This document shows, piece after piece, positions 1 through 11,070 of a stretch of 34,154 nt of DNA (the stretch's first letter is position 1; every line of letters begins with the position of its first letter). The notes under the pieces are model-generated. The model saw nothing but the letters and a program-made list of their open reading frames with translations, was not told the DNA's origin and did not search any database. A program made the position numbers and the translations under genes. The DNA comes from Octopus sinensis (Eukaryota), in assembly GCF_006345805.1 (NCBI RefSeq), contig NW_021827527.1:1-34154 (forward strand), given 5' to 3'.

Positions 1-573
1 ATATATATACATACATACATACACACATATATAAAGAGAGAGGGAAAGGAGAAAGAAAAAAGAAACAAAGAGGAAATGATATAGACAAAAAGAGAAGCGC
101 AGAACAATCGATAACATAAAGATAAGGAGAGAGGAGGCAAGGAGAGAGAGAGAGAGAGGAAAATAGAGAGAGGAGAAGTATATCTCAGATTTAAGAATGG
201 CGCTTAAAGACAAAACATTTCCGCAATTAGAAGAAATGGCTATTATTAAATAGTATGTTGAATATATTTACAGAAAAACTACTTTATTGAGAATCGTCGA
301 AACCAACGGAAATAACTGGGAAACAAAGAAGAATTGTTTGTAATGTTGAAAGAGGTTATTAGGTATAAAAGAAATGTTTCGAAAGGATGAACGCTTATAA
401 ATGGGAGGTTTGTGTTGTAAGGGAATATTAGAACAAGACGCTCGGAATCTGAGACACGTTTCTATGGCTTAACTCAGCGTTTCCTAACTTTTTTCACGCT
501 TGAGCAAGCTTTAAAGTAGATTACATGTGCTTGAAAACCACTTGATAAAAAATACCACGTTACCTTATTAATA

Positions 574-933
574 ACTAGCACTATGACCTGGCGTTGCCGG
601 GTCATAGTGCTAGCGCATGCATATACAGCTGCGTGCATGCGCACATACACGCGAGTACTGTCCAAATCTCTGACCAATCACATACAGCTAGCTGGTATTC
701 AATTGCCGTATCAAGTTTCGAGCATTTTGATTGGGTTTTGGATAGAAAATTCACAAAAAAGTCACTTCTATTGATTTTTTAATGCCTTTGCGGGGTAACT
801 GGGGAAATGTAAAGATGTGCACGACCACCCTTGGACAGTTTTGAATGACCACAGAAAGTGCGAGCCCTCTAACTAAAAAATTATGGATTTGTATAAAGGA
901 CACACACGCAGACATTTTGCCGTTTAGAGAGAT
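574..933 (+). mobile_element. Non-autonomous Helentron/DINE-like element
   Basis: Starts ACTAGCACTATGACC followed by its inverse (hairpin 575-613). Ends in a CACACGCAGACATTTTGCCGTTTAGAGAGAT block typical of DINE/HINE 3' ends. Boundaries approximate. Confidence 0.5.
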
Positions 934-1079
934 TTTCACTTTCGCAAAATTAAGCCTCTTAAGAGATTAAACATATTATAAGACTGTCTTTGAATGATTT
1001 TGGTAGGAGTTTATCCTGAATCGATGAGAAACCGCAAAGAAAGTTTGAGAAATTTCATCTTCAGGGATTAAAAAAGAAG

Positions 1080-1210
1080 AAATGGTCCCAGGTTCAGTCC
1101 GCTGCGATGGCGTCTTGGGCAAGCGTTTTCTACCATCGTTCCGGATCCACCAAAGTCTTGTGGCTGGACTTGGTAGACAGAAATTGAAAGAAGTCTGTAT
1201 ATATATATAT
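1080..1210 (+). mobile_element. SINE family A, diverged 5' head module only
   Basis: GGTTCAGTCC B-box-like motif, CTTGGGCAAG and TTGGTAGACAGAAATTGAAAGAAG, ending in (TA)n. Aligns by eye to the full copy at 28942. Confidence 0.75.
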
Positions 1211-1211
1211 A

Positions 1212-1612
1212 TGCTGGATCATAGATATAGCATGCCCAGCTGACAACAAGGTATGCGATAAGGAAGAAAGAAAAGTTGATAGATATGATAGGTTAGCTTG
1301 GGAGGTTAAGAAGTTGTGCTTGATGAAAAAGGTGCTAGTAGTACCAATAATTGTCGGTTCCTGGGAACAGTGAATAAAAATCTTAAGAAGTACATGGAAC
1401 AAATAAGGGCTGCAATAAGGGTGGAGCACTTTCAGAAAACAGCACTGCTTGGAACCGTTCGAATACTCCAGAAGGTGCTCGAAAAATAAGAGGTGTTACC
1501 TTAGTTCACTGGTAGTGAACAGCTGACACCGTAGTACATCTCCCGCGTTAGAAGCTGTGCAAAGGCAATAACAACAACAACAACAACAATAATAATAATA
1601 ATAATAATAATA
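1212..1612 (+). pseudogene. 3' end of an R4/Dong-type non-LTR retrotransposon (restriction-like endonuclease domain)
   Basis: Manual translation from 1212: CWIIDIACPADNKVCDKEERKVDRYDRLAWEVKKL..VVPIIVGS, then a 1-nt frameshift near 1360, then LGTVNKNLKKYME..FQKTALLGTVRILQKVLEK* (TAA 1487-1489). Followed by a 3' UTR and an (AAC)n(AAT)n tail at 1567-1612. Confidence 0.85.
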
Positions 1613-1645
1613 TTGAAGAGGCGAGCTAAATGTAATACACATACA

Positions 1646-1750
1646 CTCTCCTCCTCTTCTCTCTCTCTCTCTATTTCTCTCTCTCTCTCATTCTCTTTCT
1701 CTCTCTCTCTCTCTCTCATTCTCTTTCTCTCTCTCTCTCTTCTCTCTCTC
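1646..1750. repeat. (CT)n microsatellite
   Basis: Direct inspection. Confidence 0.95.
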
Positions 1751-2132
1751 GCATACAAACCAGTAAGCACACACAATGGATAATAAACAGACAAAGATTA
1801 GATGAATTCTTGAAATATGATATTTAATAGAAATCCATAAAAATCTACGTCTAAGCCGATTGTTTATTTATTTAAAATGTCTTTCTTTGTGTGTAAAGGA
1901 TTTCAAACGAGTCTTAGTTATTAGACATCTTTCACATACGTCTACATGTTTTTCAAATTGTAACGGGGATTTAGCCATACCAAATTCACTACCCACCCAA
2001 CCATTCAAAACATAACCGTGTCTGAACCGAGACTGCACGTCCATTAGGCCCAAGCTTATCTCAGTTCCCGGCGAGTATAAGTGACGGAGAATATAAAAAA
2101 TATCCCTTACTTCTCATTTTCATACACACACA

Positions 2133-2174
<42 letters not shown>

Positions 2175-2519
2175 CGCATAAACACAAACACAAACACAAA
2201 CACGCATAAACACAAATAAAGTTATCCATTCGAGTTCTTTTTGTATACGTACTCCGCACCGGGAACCTACCCTGAATCGAACCTACAGTTTAAATTGCAT
2301 TTGATACTTACATATCTTACAGTATCCTACCTACACATGATACGTTCATGGTTGTCTTACCCCCACTGTGAGCCCTTTGTTATTGTACCTAGCCATTTCT
2401 CTTGCCTTGTGTGTTGATGTGCCAAGGTTCTAATGAATCTTATAACTAATTAATCAATCAGTCAATACATACATATATACATACATACATACATACATAT
2501 ATGTATGTGTGTATACATA

Positions 2520-2730
2520 TCTTTATATATAAAAGTGAAGTTGTGTGTCTGTCTCCTACGATTTAGATTCCTAACTACTCCCACATCTTGCGGTGCAGTG
2601 TAACCAAAAGCGGGTATCTTATAGTCGTGATTCATATCGAGCCCTTCTGGATATTAGCGCGCGTCTACGATGAGTTTATGATTTAAAAAAAAATTTACCA
2701 TCATTTTTTCCCATTTTTAATGCATTTTTT
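2520..2730 (+). mobile_element. Helitron-type 5' end fragment
   Basis: A|TCTTTATATATAAAAGTGAAGTTGTGTGTCTGTC start (TC after A) typical of non-autonomous Helitrons. 3' CTRR end not identified. Confidence 0.5.
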
Positions 2731-2741
2731 GTCTCTTTTCT

Positions 2742-2830
2742 TTTTCTGAAGAAGAACTAGCCTCCGAAACGTTAAGACATTCTGATATTCATTCTAAAGC
2801 ATAACACCAAGCTTTGTTCTTCTTGTGTTG
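2742..2830 (+). mobile_element. Penelope-type terminal repeat fragment with decayed hammerhead core
   Basis: CTGAAGA (2746-2752) ... GAAAC (2766-2770) GTT with AACGTT palindrome. Confidence 0.4.
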
Positions 2831-3524
2831 TTTTTAATGCATATCATCGCTAGACTATAGTCATGCGTCTCTGTGTGTGTATGCGTGCGTGTGTATGTAT
2901 ACATGCGTGTGTGTTTAAGATAAGAATATGTATTGGTATATGTAAATATGAGCATATATATATATATGTGTGCATTGATGTGTATACTAGTGATAAAAGG
3001 ATATATTCTGTTGTTATCCCATTCAAATTGGAGTATGTGCACGATAAATTATACAATTATTATAGATTATTAAGTTACTTTACACCATTTAGCGAGTTTT
3101 ACAGCAAATTTACAACGAGTTTTGCGATTTTACATCGAGCTTTGTGGTGTGGTTACATCGAGTTTTACAGCGCGTTTACGTTTAGTTGCGATAAAGGAAA
3201 AAAAAATCCCCGTTTCATTTGTAAAACACTGAAATATCTTCATTTCTGAAATATTCGCATTCAGCAGACGATAATATATATAAAGATCAGTAGAAATAAT
3301 TTATGACACAACTGCAATACGGTAATTTCAACGAAATTGGATGTAAAATTACTAATGACCGCCATCATGATGACAGAACTACCGTTTATCGCAACTCACA
3401 CACTGTTAAATATTGTATAAGATAGCAAATACTTTACATAAATATACTTTGATATGTGTGTGTGTTTGTGTGCGCCGTTTGCATATCGTTTAAATAACAA
3501 TGGATGCTTCACTCCAACTAAAAT

Positions 3525-3720
3525 AGCACGACCCTGCGTGAGGAGTGTCCACCTCATCGACATAGCAGACAAATCTCCCTCAAATCTCCCTCAAATCAAA
3601 CCCTATAATTTTCTCTTTTATATGATTATAGATAAAATATGTTAGAATGAAAGCCGGAATGGTCAGAACCAGATTCGCTTTAAGAATCGTTTCGCTAGCT
3701 TGATGCTAAGCAACAACAAC
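3525..3720 (+). mobile_element. Interspersed repeat family E (SINE-like), degenerate copy
   Basis: ATAGCAGACAAATCTCCCTCAAATC motif, also seen near 12380, 18530, 30255 and, inverted, 32470. Ends in (AAC)n. Confidence 0.5.
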
Positions 3721-3723
3721 TGT

Positions 3724-3759
3724 GGGGGCGCAATGGCCCAGTGGTTAGGGCAGCGGACT
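3724..3759 (+). mobile_element. SINE family C, tRNA-like head stub
   Basis: GGCGCAATGGCCCAGTGGTTAGGGCAGCGGACT matches the heads at 17881 (+), 28464 (-) and 31780 (-). Confidence 0.75.
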
Positions 3760-3763
3760 TACG

Positions 3764-3841
3764 GATAGATAGATAGATAGATTGATAGATAGACAGACAG
3801 ATAGACTGACAGACAGATAGACTGACAGACAGACAGCTAGC

Positions 3842-3873
<32 letters not shown>

Positions 3874-3874
3874 G

Positions 3875-3928
<54 letters not shown>

Positions 3929-4011
3929 CAGACAGATAATGGATAGATGGATAGATAGATAGATAGATAGATAGATAGACAGATAATGGATAGATAGATA
4001 GACAGATAATG

Positions 4012-4053
<42 letters not shown>

Positions 4054-4330
4054 CAGATAATGGAAAGATAGATAGATACATACATACATACATACATAGA
4101 CAGACAGATAATGGATAGATAATAGATGGATGGATGGATGATAGATAGATAGACAGATAATGGATAGATAGATTGATAGATAGATACATACATACATACA
4201 TACATACATACATACATACATACATACATACATACATACATACATACATACATACATACATACATACATACATAGATGATAGATAGATAGACAGATAATG
4301 GTTAGATAAATTGATAGATAGATAGATAAC
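3764..4330. repeat. Compound (GATA)n/(GACA)n/(CATA)n microsatellite
   Basis: Direct inspection; recurrent GATAATGG interruption. Confidence 0.95.
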
Positions 4331-4644
4331 TGTCGAATACATGACGCATGCGCTTCATCGAGTTAGCTCGACTTTAAAACGAGTTACTGATTACAATAAG
4401 TGCTCGATAATGTCCAGTAAAGAAGTTCAAATAAATGAAACCACGGAGTGCGGGGCTTATTGAAACATCAGTGTATGACTTTCTTCAAACCAATTAAAAG
4501 GTTCTTTGAGATGGTCAGCTTTTTAAATGTTGCAAAGGGCTTCTGGATTACAAAGACCTTTGATAGCATCTCAGTGAGAAGCGGGAAAGAAATTGGAACA
4601 TTTTGGATCTACACTACAAAGCAGATATGATACATACGTAAGCC

Positions 4645-5190
4645 CACACACACTGACACACTGACACACACACACGCGCGCATACAGACACACATACAGA
4701 CACTCTGACACACACAAACAAACGCGCATACACACACGCGTACATTCGCGCACGCGCACACAACACACACATATACAGACACACTGACACACAAACACTC
4801 GCACACACACATACACACTGACACACACACGCACACACACACATACACACTGACACACACACGCGCGCACACAAACACACTGACACACACACGCACATAC
4901 ACACTGACACACATACACACGCACACATATACAGACATACTGACACACACACACACATTCACGCACACGCGCACGCACACGCGCACGCACGCACAAACAC
5001 ACGCGCGTGGACACTCGCACACACGCACACTCGCACACACGCACACACATACAGACACACTGACACACACACAAACGCGCATACACACACACATTTACGC
5101 ACACGCGCACGTTCGCACACACGCACGTACGCACAAAAACACACACGAGCGGACGCTCGTACACACGCATGCACACACACACACACATAG
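4645..5190. repeat. Degenerate (CA)n tract with recurring CACACTGACACAC unit
   Basis: Direct inspection. Confidence 0.9.
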
Positions 5191-5384
5191 TCATTACTAT
5201 TTTCTGGTGAAATACCTTTTAAACTGTTAAAGTATTACATTTGTTAAAACTTATCCCTCTTAATATAAGTGTACACGCACACACACATACACACACACAC
5301 ACACACGCATACACACATACATGTATATACACATAAATATACGTACATATACATACACACACATATATATGTTATATATATATA

Positions 5385-5609
5385 TTCTTTTATTCTTTTA
5401 CTTGTTTCGGTCTTTTGACTGCGGCCATGCTGGAGTACGGCCTTAAAGGGTGTTATTAGAAGGAATCGACCCCAGGATTTATTCATTGTAAGTCTAGTAC
5501 TTATTCTATCGGGCATCTTTTGCCGAACCGCTAAGTTACTGGGATATAAACACACCAGTATCGACTGTCAAGCGATTGCGGGTGGGGCTAACACACACAC
5601 ACATACTAC

Positions 5610-5651
<42 letters not shown>

Positions 5652-5818
5652 CTATGTATATATATATATACACACACGACGGGCTAGTTCAGGTTTCCGT
5701 CTACTATATCACTATATCAACTCAAAAGTCTTTGGTCGGACGAGGCTATAGTAGAAGACACTTAACCGATGTGTCACACAGTGGGACTGAACCCGGAACC
5801 ATGTGGTTGGGAGGTAAG
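5385..5818 (-). mobile_element. SINE family A, near full length, diverged
   Basis: Reverse complement of head + (TA)(TG) linker + tail module ending GTAAAAGA. Confidence 0.85.
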
Positions 5819-5949
5819 TTTATATATAGATAGATATATATTTGTGTGTGTGTGTGCGTATGTGTGTGTGTACGAGCAAAACGACCCCCTCCCCCGGGTC
5901 CAAGGGACGGTGCTGAGTTGTCAAACATTTAAACCAAATTTTCTCTTGT

Positions 5950-5986
5950 CCGACAGTCCCATAGGCCTCCCCTTTGAGAAACACTG
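5950..5986 (-). mobile_element. hAT-like MITE terminus
   Basis: Reverse complement reads CAGTGTTTCTCAAAGGGG, a common hAT-MITE terminal motif. Partner end and TSD not found. Confidence 0.35.
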
Positions 5987-6295
5987 ATTTAACCTAAATT
6001 TGAGACACCAGCAAAAGAAGAAATAAAAAATTTTTTTCTTTCCTAGAAAAACGATTTTATTCATACAAATATGCAACCGAAGAGCTTAAAGTACCAGTAA
6101 TGATAAGGCTGTTGACGGGAACACAAACATGGTTTAAATAGTAAGATGGCAGGAAAGAAACGTGCCTTTAAGCAGTACAAAAACACAAAAAATGGAAGGT
6201 GCAGTTATGTACAGGTTGACAGAAGAAAAGCAGGACAAAAGCAGCTTTATCGATCGCATTCTCACCTGGAATCGATTTTTGTAATTTTTTCGAGA

Positions 6296-6410
6296 CTTAT
6301 ACACGCCCTGATACTGTCGGTATCTACATATCAAATTTGAGCGCAATCGGATGGAGGATGTCCGAGATCCTAGAAGACAGACAGACAGAACGGATTTTAT
6401 ATACTAGAAG
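6296..6410 (+). mobile_element. Helentron/DINE-like 3' end
   Basis: AAATTTGAGCGCAATCGG..(GACA)3..TTTTATATACTAGAAG resembles the DINE-1/Lep1-type 3' block. Confidence 0.45.
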
Positions 6411-6735
6411 TATGTATGTATGTATGTATGTATGTATGTATGTATGTATGTATGTATGTATGTATGTATGTATGTATATATGTGTGTGTCTATATAGTAT
6501 GTTTGTGGTGTGCATTCATTAGCACACATGTTGTCTGCTTAGGGGTCAGACAGTTTTCTTTGCGCTAAATTTCACACAGATAAGACCATGACTATTAATT
6601 TCCGATAGAAAGTGGTTTTATCAATGGAAGAAACACAACACAAATCACACTTATCGCATATTTAACAGAAATACTGTTTTCTGCCTTGCTTAACCCTAGA
6701 AAAATAAAACAAAAAAAATAAACAAACGAACGTTT

Positions 6736-6910
6736 GGCGTAGGAGTGGCTGTGTGGTAAGTTGCTTGCTTACCAACCACATGGTTCCGGGTTCAGTCCCA
6801 CTGCATGGCACTTTGAGCAAGTGTCTTCTACGATAGCCTCAGACCGACCAAAGCCTTGTGAGTGGATTTGGTAGACGGAAACTGAAAGAAGCCCGTCGTA
6901 TATATGTATG

Positions 6911-6941
<31 letters not shown>

Positions 6942-7174
6942 ATGTGTTCGTGTATGTTTGTGTGTCTATGTTTGTTCCCCCAACATCGCTTGACAACCGA
7001 TGCTGGTGTATTTACGTCTCCGTAACTTAGCGGTTCGGCAAAAGAGACCGATAGAATAAGTACTGGGCTTACAAAGAATAAGTCCCGGGGTCGATTTGCT
7101 CGACTAAAGGCGGTGCTCCAGCATGGCCGCAGTCAAATGACCGAAACAAGTAAAAGAGTAAAAGAGAGAGTAAA
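6736..7174 (+). mobile_element. SINE family A, full length (tRNA head, CORE-like TTGGGCAAG box, microsatellite linker, tail)
   Basis: GGCGTAGGAGTGGCTGTGTGGTAAG A-box region, GGTTCAGTCC B-box, and (AAAGAGT)n terminus. Confidence 0.9.
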
Positions 7175-7691
7175 GATTAGTTGTGTGCTGAAAATAATGT
7201 CACACATTAAAAAAGAGAGAGCAAGAGAACAATTATTTGGTCAACATTTTTGCCAACTGACGCATTGGTATAATTTCTCTCAATAATCGTTACTGCTTAG
7301 TCTTACTAATTTCAGGCATTGTCCTCTTATGTACTCTTAGATATGCTGTCGGTCGTTCAAGGAGCGTTTCTGCATATCACGATGCACCAACAGTGATAGC
7401 AGCGAGTTTGTTAGAGACTGGCAGAACGCCACAGAGGTCGTTGAATGATTGACGTAAACAATTTGAGGAACACCAGCCGCACGAATACTAAGCGTCTGTG
7501 AAACTTGATGGATGTGTAATGGTTCGTCATAAATCTAGTGTATATTATATTACAAGAGCCCGATCAATGGTTTAATGTGATGCAACAAGTTGATAAAGTT
7601 CTATCGAGTCATTTGGCGAATTAGGATTACGGAATAATGTAACCGACGGCACGGAAAATATGTTTTGGTCACTCCTATTGAGCCATTATTC

Positions 7692-8110
7692 GGATCTTTT
7701 CGGTTTGAAGGGCAGTTTTTTAAAATAATTTCCACGTATCTAAACACTTTTAAACTTCGTATACTGGTAGAATGTGTTTATAAAACATATTTTTCTCTTG
7801 GTTTTATTGAGAAAATTCTATAGTTTGTAAGATATTTGTTGTTGTTTTTCTTCAATTCCTGCAATTTCAACCAATCAGTGACGTCTATTGAGGTAAAAAA
7901 AAACATTGTGCCGTATGAATATGTCCCTCGTTTAAGAAACAGATTGGGTTTATTTACATTTGTGAAGAAAAAAAGATACCCTTCTCCCCACCCCTAACCC
8001 TAACCCTAAAACAGATTGAAATGCAATAGATCGATACTAGTGTCATAATTATGGGTGACAATTTCATATGACACCGCTAGAAAAAACTGCCGTTCAAACC
8101 GAAAAGATCC
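7692..8110 (+). mobile_element. MITE, Merlin-like, copy 1
   Basis: 30-bp TIR GGATCTTTTCGGTTTGAA(G/C)GGCAGTTTTTT with 1 mismatch. 8-bp TSD CATTATTC at 7684-7691 and 8111-8118. Confidence 0.85.
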
Positions 8111-8166
8111 CATTATTCTCTTTCCTCAGTAAACTTATTCAGAGAAAATAAAATTTTCTTTAGTCG

Positions 8167-8270
8167 TTTCACTTTTATCTTTTACCTGTTTCAGGCATTG
8201 AACTGCGGCCATGCTGGGGTACCGCCTTGAGGGGGAGGGGGGTTCTACTCGAGCAATTCGACCCCATTGC
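8167..8270 (-). mobile_element. SINE family A-related 3' tail fragment
   Basis: TTTTACCTGTTTCAGGCATTGAACTGCGGCCATGCTGGGG..CGACCCCA. Confidence 0.7.
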
Positions 8271-8399
8271 TTAGTTTCCAAACGCTTTTTAAAGTTTTTT
8301 TCCATTTCTCCAGTGAATAAGAATTGACTTGGTCGTTGAAGCTATGCGTAGTTGTTAAGATTGTTTGTGTGTGACATTATTTTCAGCACACAACTAATC

Positions 8400-8817
8400 T
8401 TTACTCTCTCTTTTACTCTTTTACTTGTTTCGGTCATTTGACTGCGGCCATGCTGGAGCACCACCTTTAGTCGAGCGAATCGACCCCAGGACTTATTCTT
8501 TGTAAGCCTTGTACTTATTCTATCGGTCACTTGTGCCGAACCGCTAAGTTACGGAGACATAAATGCACCAGCATCGGTTGTCAAGCGATGTTGGGGGGTG
8601 GGGACACACAGACACAAACATACACGCACACATACACACATATATATATACATATATACGACGGGCTTCTTTCAGTTTCCGTCTACCAAATCCACTCACA
8701 AGGCTTAGGTCGGCCCGAGGCTATAGTAGAAGACACTTGCCCAAAGTGCCACGCAGTGGGACTGAACCCGGAACCATGTGGTTAGTAAACAAGCTACTTA
8801 CCACACAGCCACTCCTA
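8400..8817 (-). mobile_element. SINE family A, full length
   Basis: Reverse complement of the 6736 and 28942 copies. Confidence 0.9.
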
Positions 8818-9107
8818 AAGCTTGAACGTTTGATGTATTGACGATCAAACAGTTTGTTTCTTTCCGTTATAAGATTTAGAGCAGACAATATGGATTTGGT
8901 GTCCGATAAGAAAAAAAATGAAATGGAGAAAGTGATCTGTAACTCGATGACCAACGTGATCAATATTTCGTGAAATAGAAGTCAGAGTGAGCTCGTACTG
9001 CTCTCTATAGCTGGAAGTCATAGGAAAATTGATACATCAAAGACTAAACGGAAAAGGGCTGGGGAACTCCATGATTTTCTGTAATGAACAGAAAAGAGAG
9101 TGGAATG

Positions 9108-9550
9108 GGATCTTTTCGGTTTGAACGGCAGTTTTTTCTAGCGGTGTCATATGAAATTGTCATCCATAATTATGACTCTAGTATCGATCTATTGCATTTC
9201 AATCTGTTTTAGGGTTAGAGTTAGTTAGGGTTAGTTATGGTTAGGATTAGGGTGTGGGGAAGGGTATCTTTTTTTCTTCACAAATGTAAATAAACCCAAT
9301 CTGTTTCTTAAACGAGAGACATATTCATACGGCACAGAATGTTTTCACCTCAATAGACGTCATTGATTGGTTGAAATTGCAGAAATTTATGGAAAAAAAA
9401 CAACAAATATCTTACAAACAATAGAATTTTCTCAATAAAGCCAAGAGAAAAAGATGTTTTATAAACACATTCTACCAGTATATGAAGTTTAAAAGTGTTT
9501 AGTTACGTGGAAATTATTTTTAAAAACTGCCGTTCAAACCGAAAAGATCC
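9108..9550 (-). mobile_element. MITE, Merlin-like, copy 2 (inverted relative to copy 1)
   Basis: 29-bp perfect TIR. 8-bp TSD GTGGAATG at 9100-9107 and 9551-9558. Internal sequence is the reverse complement of copy 1. Confidence 0.85.
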
Positions 9551-9612
9551 GTGGAATGTAACAAGGGAGTTAATTTTTCTGTTTCGAAAATAAATAAATA
9601 AATATAAAAATA

Positions 9613-9660
9613 AACTAGAAAAGCACTCGGAGAGCGCAGACCTCCGCTAAGCAGTTCATT
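9613..9660 (+). mobile_element. Helentron/HINE-type 5' end
   Basis: AACTAGAAAAGCACTCGGAGAGCGCAGACCTCCG with CGGAG/CTCCG hairpin (9628-9646). Confidence 0.45.
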
Positions 9661-9932
9661 TTAAGATAGATACGCAAGTAAAATTACTAATAGAGAAACG
9701 AAAATAAACTTTGGTAACAGCAACGCCACCATAGGTTACGTGGAAACGATGAACGTGTTTTCAAGGGAGATAATCAGAGAACGTAACATTGTAATACTTC
9801 ATGTAAAGTAAATATAACAATGAACAATCCTTCAAGATTCCTGGTTATTTAATCAATTATTATTATTTTATTATATATATATATGCATATGTATGTGTGT
9901 GTGTGTGGGTATACGAATGTATGTATGTATAT

Positions 9933-9982
<50 letters not shown>

Positions 9983-9986
<4 letters not shown>

Positions 9987-11070
9987 CCTATTTATTTCAA
10001 GATTTCAGGCCAATAGAAAAAGAGCCGGTTCCTAACCTACATCAAGGCTCCTTCATTGGAATTTCAACAACATCAACAGGGTATTTTTGTCTCTGTCTGT
10101 CTGTCTGTATGTATGTATGTATGTATGTATGTATATGTGCAGATTTGTATGTTTTGTTTTATGTGCATCTTCTCATGCATATAGTTGCATATCTAGTCAT
10201 GCTCATATATTCTTAAAAGATAAACTTCTGGAAGGTTTTACAGATATTTACAGTTCCAGTGATGGATTGGATCTGTTGTCTTCGAATTAGCTTTCTCCTT
10301 ACTGGTTACGAGAAGCCTAATTTCTCAAGACTGGTATTTAGGCAGCGTGTTACATATCGCAGTACCCTAATAATTATAGGTATAAACCTGAACTTGTAAT
10401 AGTTCAGCGTAGGTATTTTCTTTTTCACTGATTTTCAACTTTATGTTAACCTCTGCTGGGCAGCTAATTTCCACAACTGTACACAATTTCTCTTCTCTAT
10501 CCCAAATCATTATATCAGGTCTGTTGTGCTTACATTTTATTGAGGTTTTCACTGGGACATTCCTCCAGTACTCCTTTTATTATAAGTAGATATGGCTTCC
10601 ACCATACTGTGGGATCGTATTTCTTTCGGAGTTATCCTTCCGACGGATTTCATTACAGTATCCTAGGTACAATATCATGTCTCATCTATAAATAATACCG
10701 TGATGATATTTTCGGAGTACTGCGTATGATGTGGGTGATATCTTCGGTGTTAACTCCACAAAGTCTGCATCGATTGTTACATTTTACTGCTTTTTTTGCA
10801 TCTCTGTCCCTTTTGTGCATCAAGTATTTGGTTGATATTTCCCGTTCCTGGATTGCAAACGCATACCCTTCAAAGTGGGACGTAGTAATCCGGCTGTTGC
10901 TCCATGATAGACTGCTTTCATGATTAATGTTACTACCATTTCGGAGCTTTCTACTAACATATCCATGCATGGTCTTTTCCTCATATACGCTCATCCATTC
11001 ATCTGATAATAGGTTGTGGTAGAGTCGTGCGATTTCTTTGGCCATGTATTTAAGGTTATCAGACAAGGGA
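9983..11070 (-). pseudogene. 5'-truncated R4/Dong-type non-LTR retrotransposon (CCHC knuckle + RLE endonuclease), multiple stops and frameshifts
   Basis: ORF-track peptides EGYAFAIQEREISTKYL..CRLCGVNTEDITHII and KHNRPDIMIWD..VEISCP..EKENTYAEL. RHD motif between them; C-terminus ..QIQSITGTVNICKTF, stop at 10213-10215; 3' UTR runs to the (TA)n tract. Confidence 0.85.

Noticed and set aside
475-543. hAT-like mini element (CAGCGTTTCCTAAC..TTGAAAACCACT)
   Set aside because: TIRs degenerate and no 8-bp TSD.
1013-1068. Imperfect hairpin containing minus-strand CTGAAGA
   Set aside because: GAAA is missing; more likely a decayed inverted repeat.
4568-4637. Possible 70-nt exon before GTAAGC
   Set aside because: Poor acceptor and no recognisable peptide.
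6736-6810. tRNA-like A/B boxes in SINE heads
   Set aside because: No cloverleaf; they are followed by SINE bodies, so not tRNA genes.
7340-7450. Possible exon after TCTTAG
   Set aside because: Weak donor and no recognisable protein motif in any frame.
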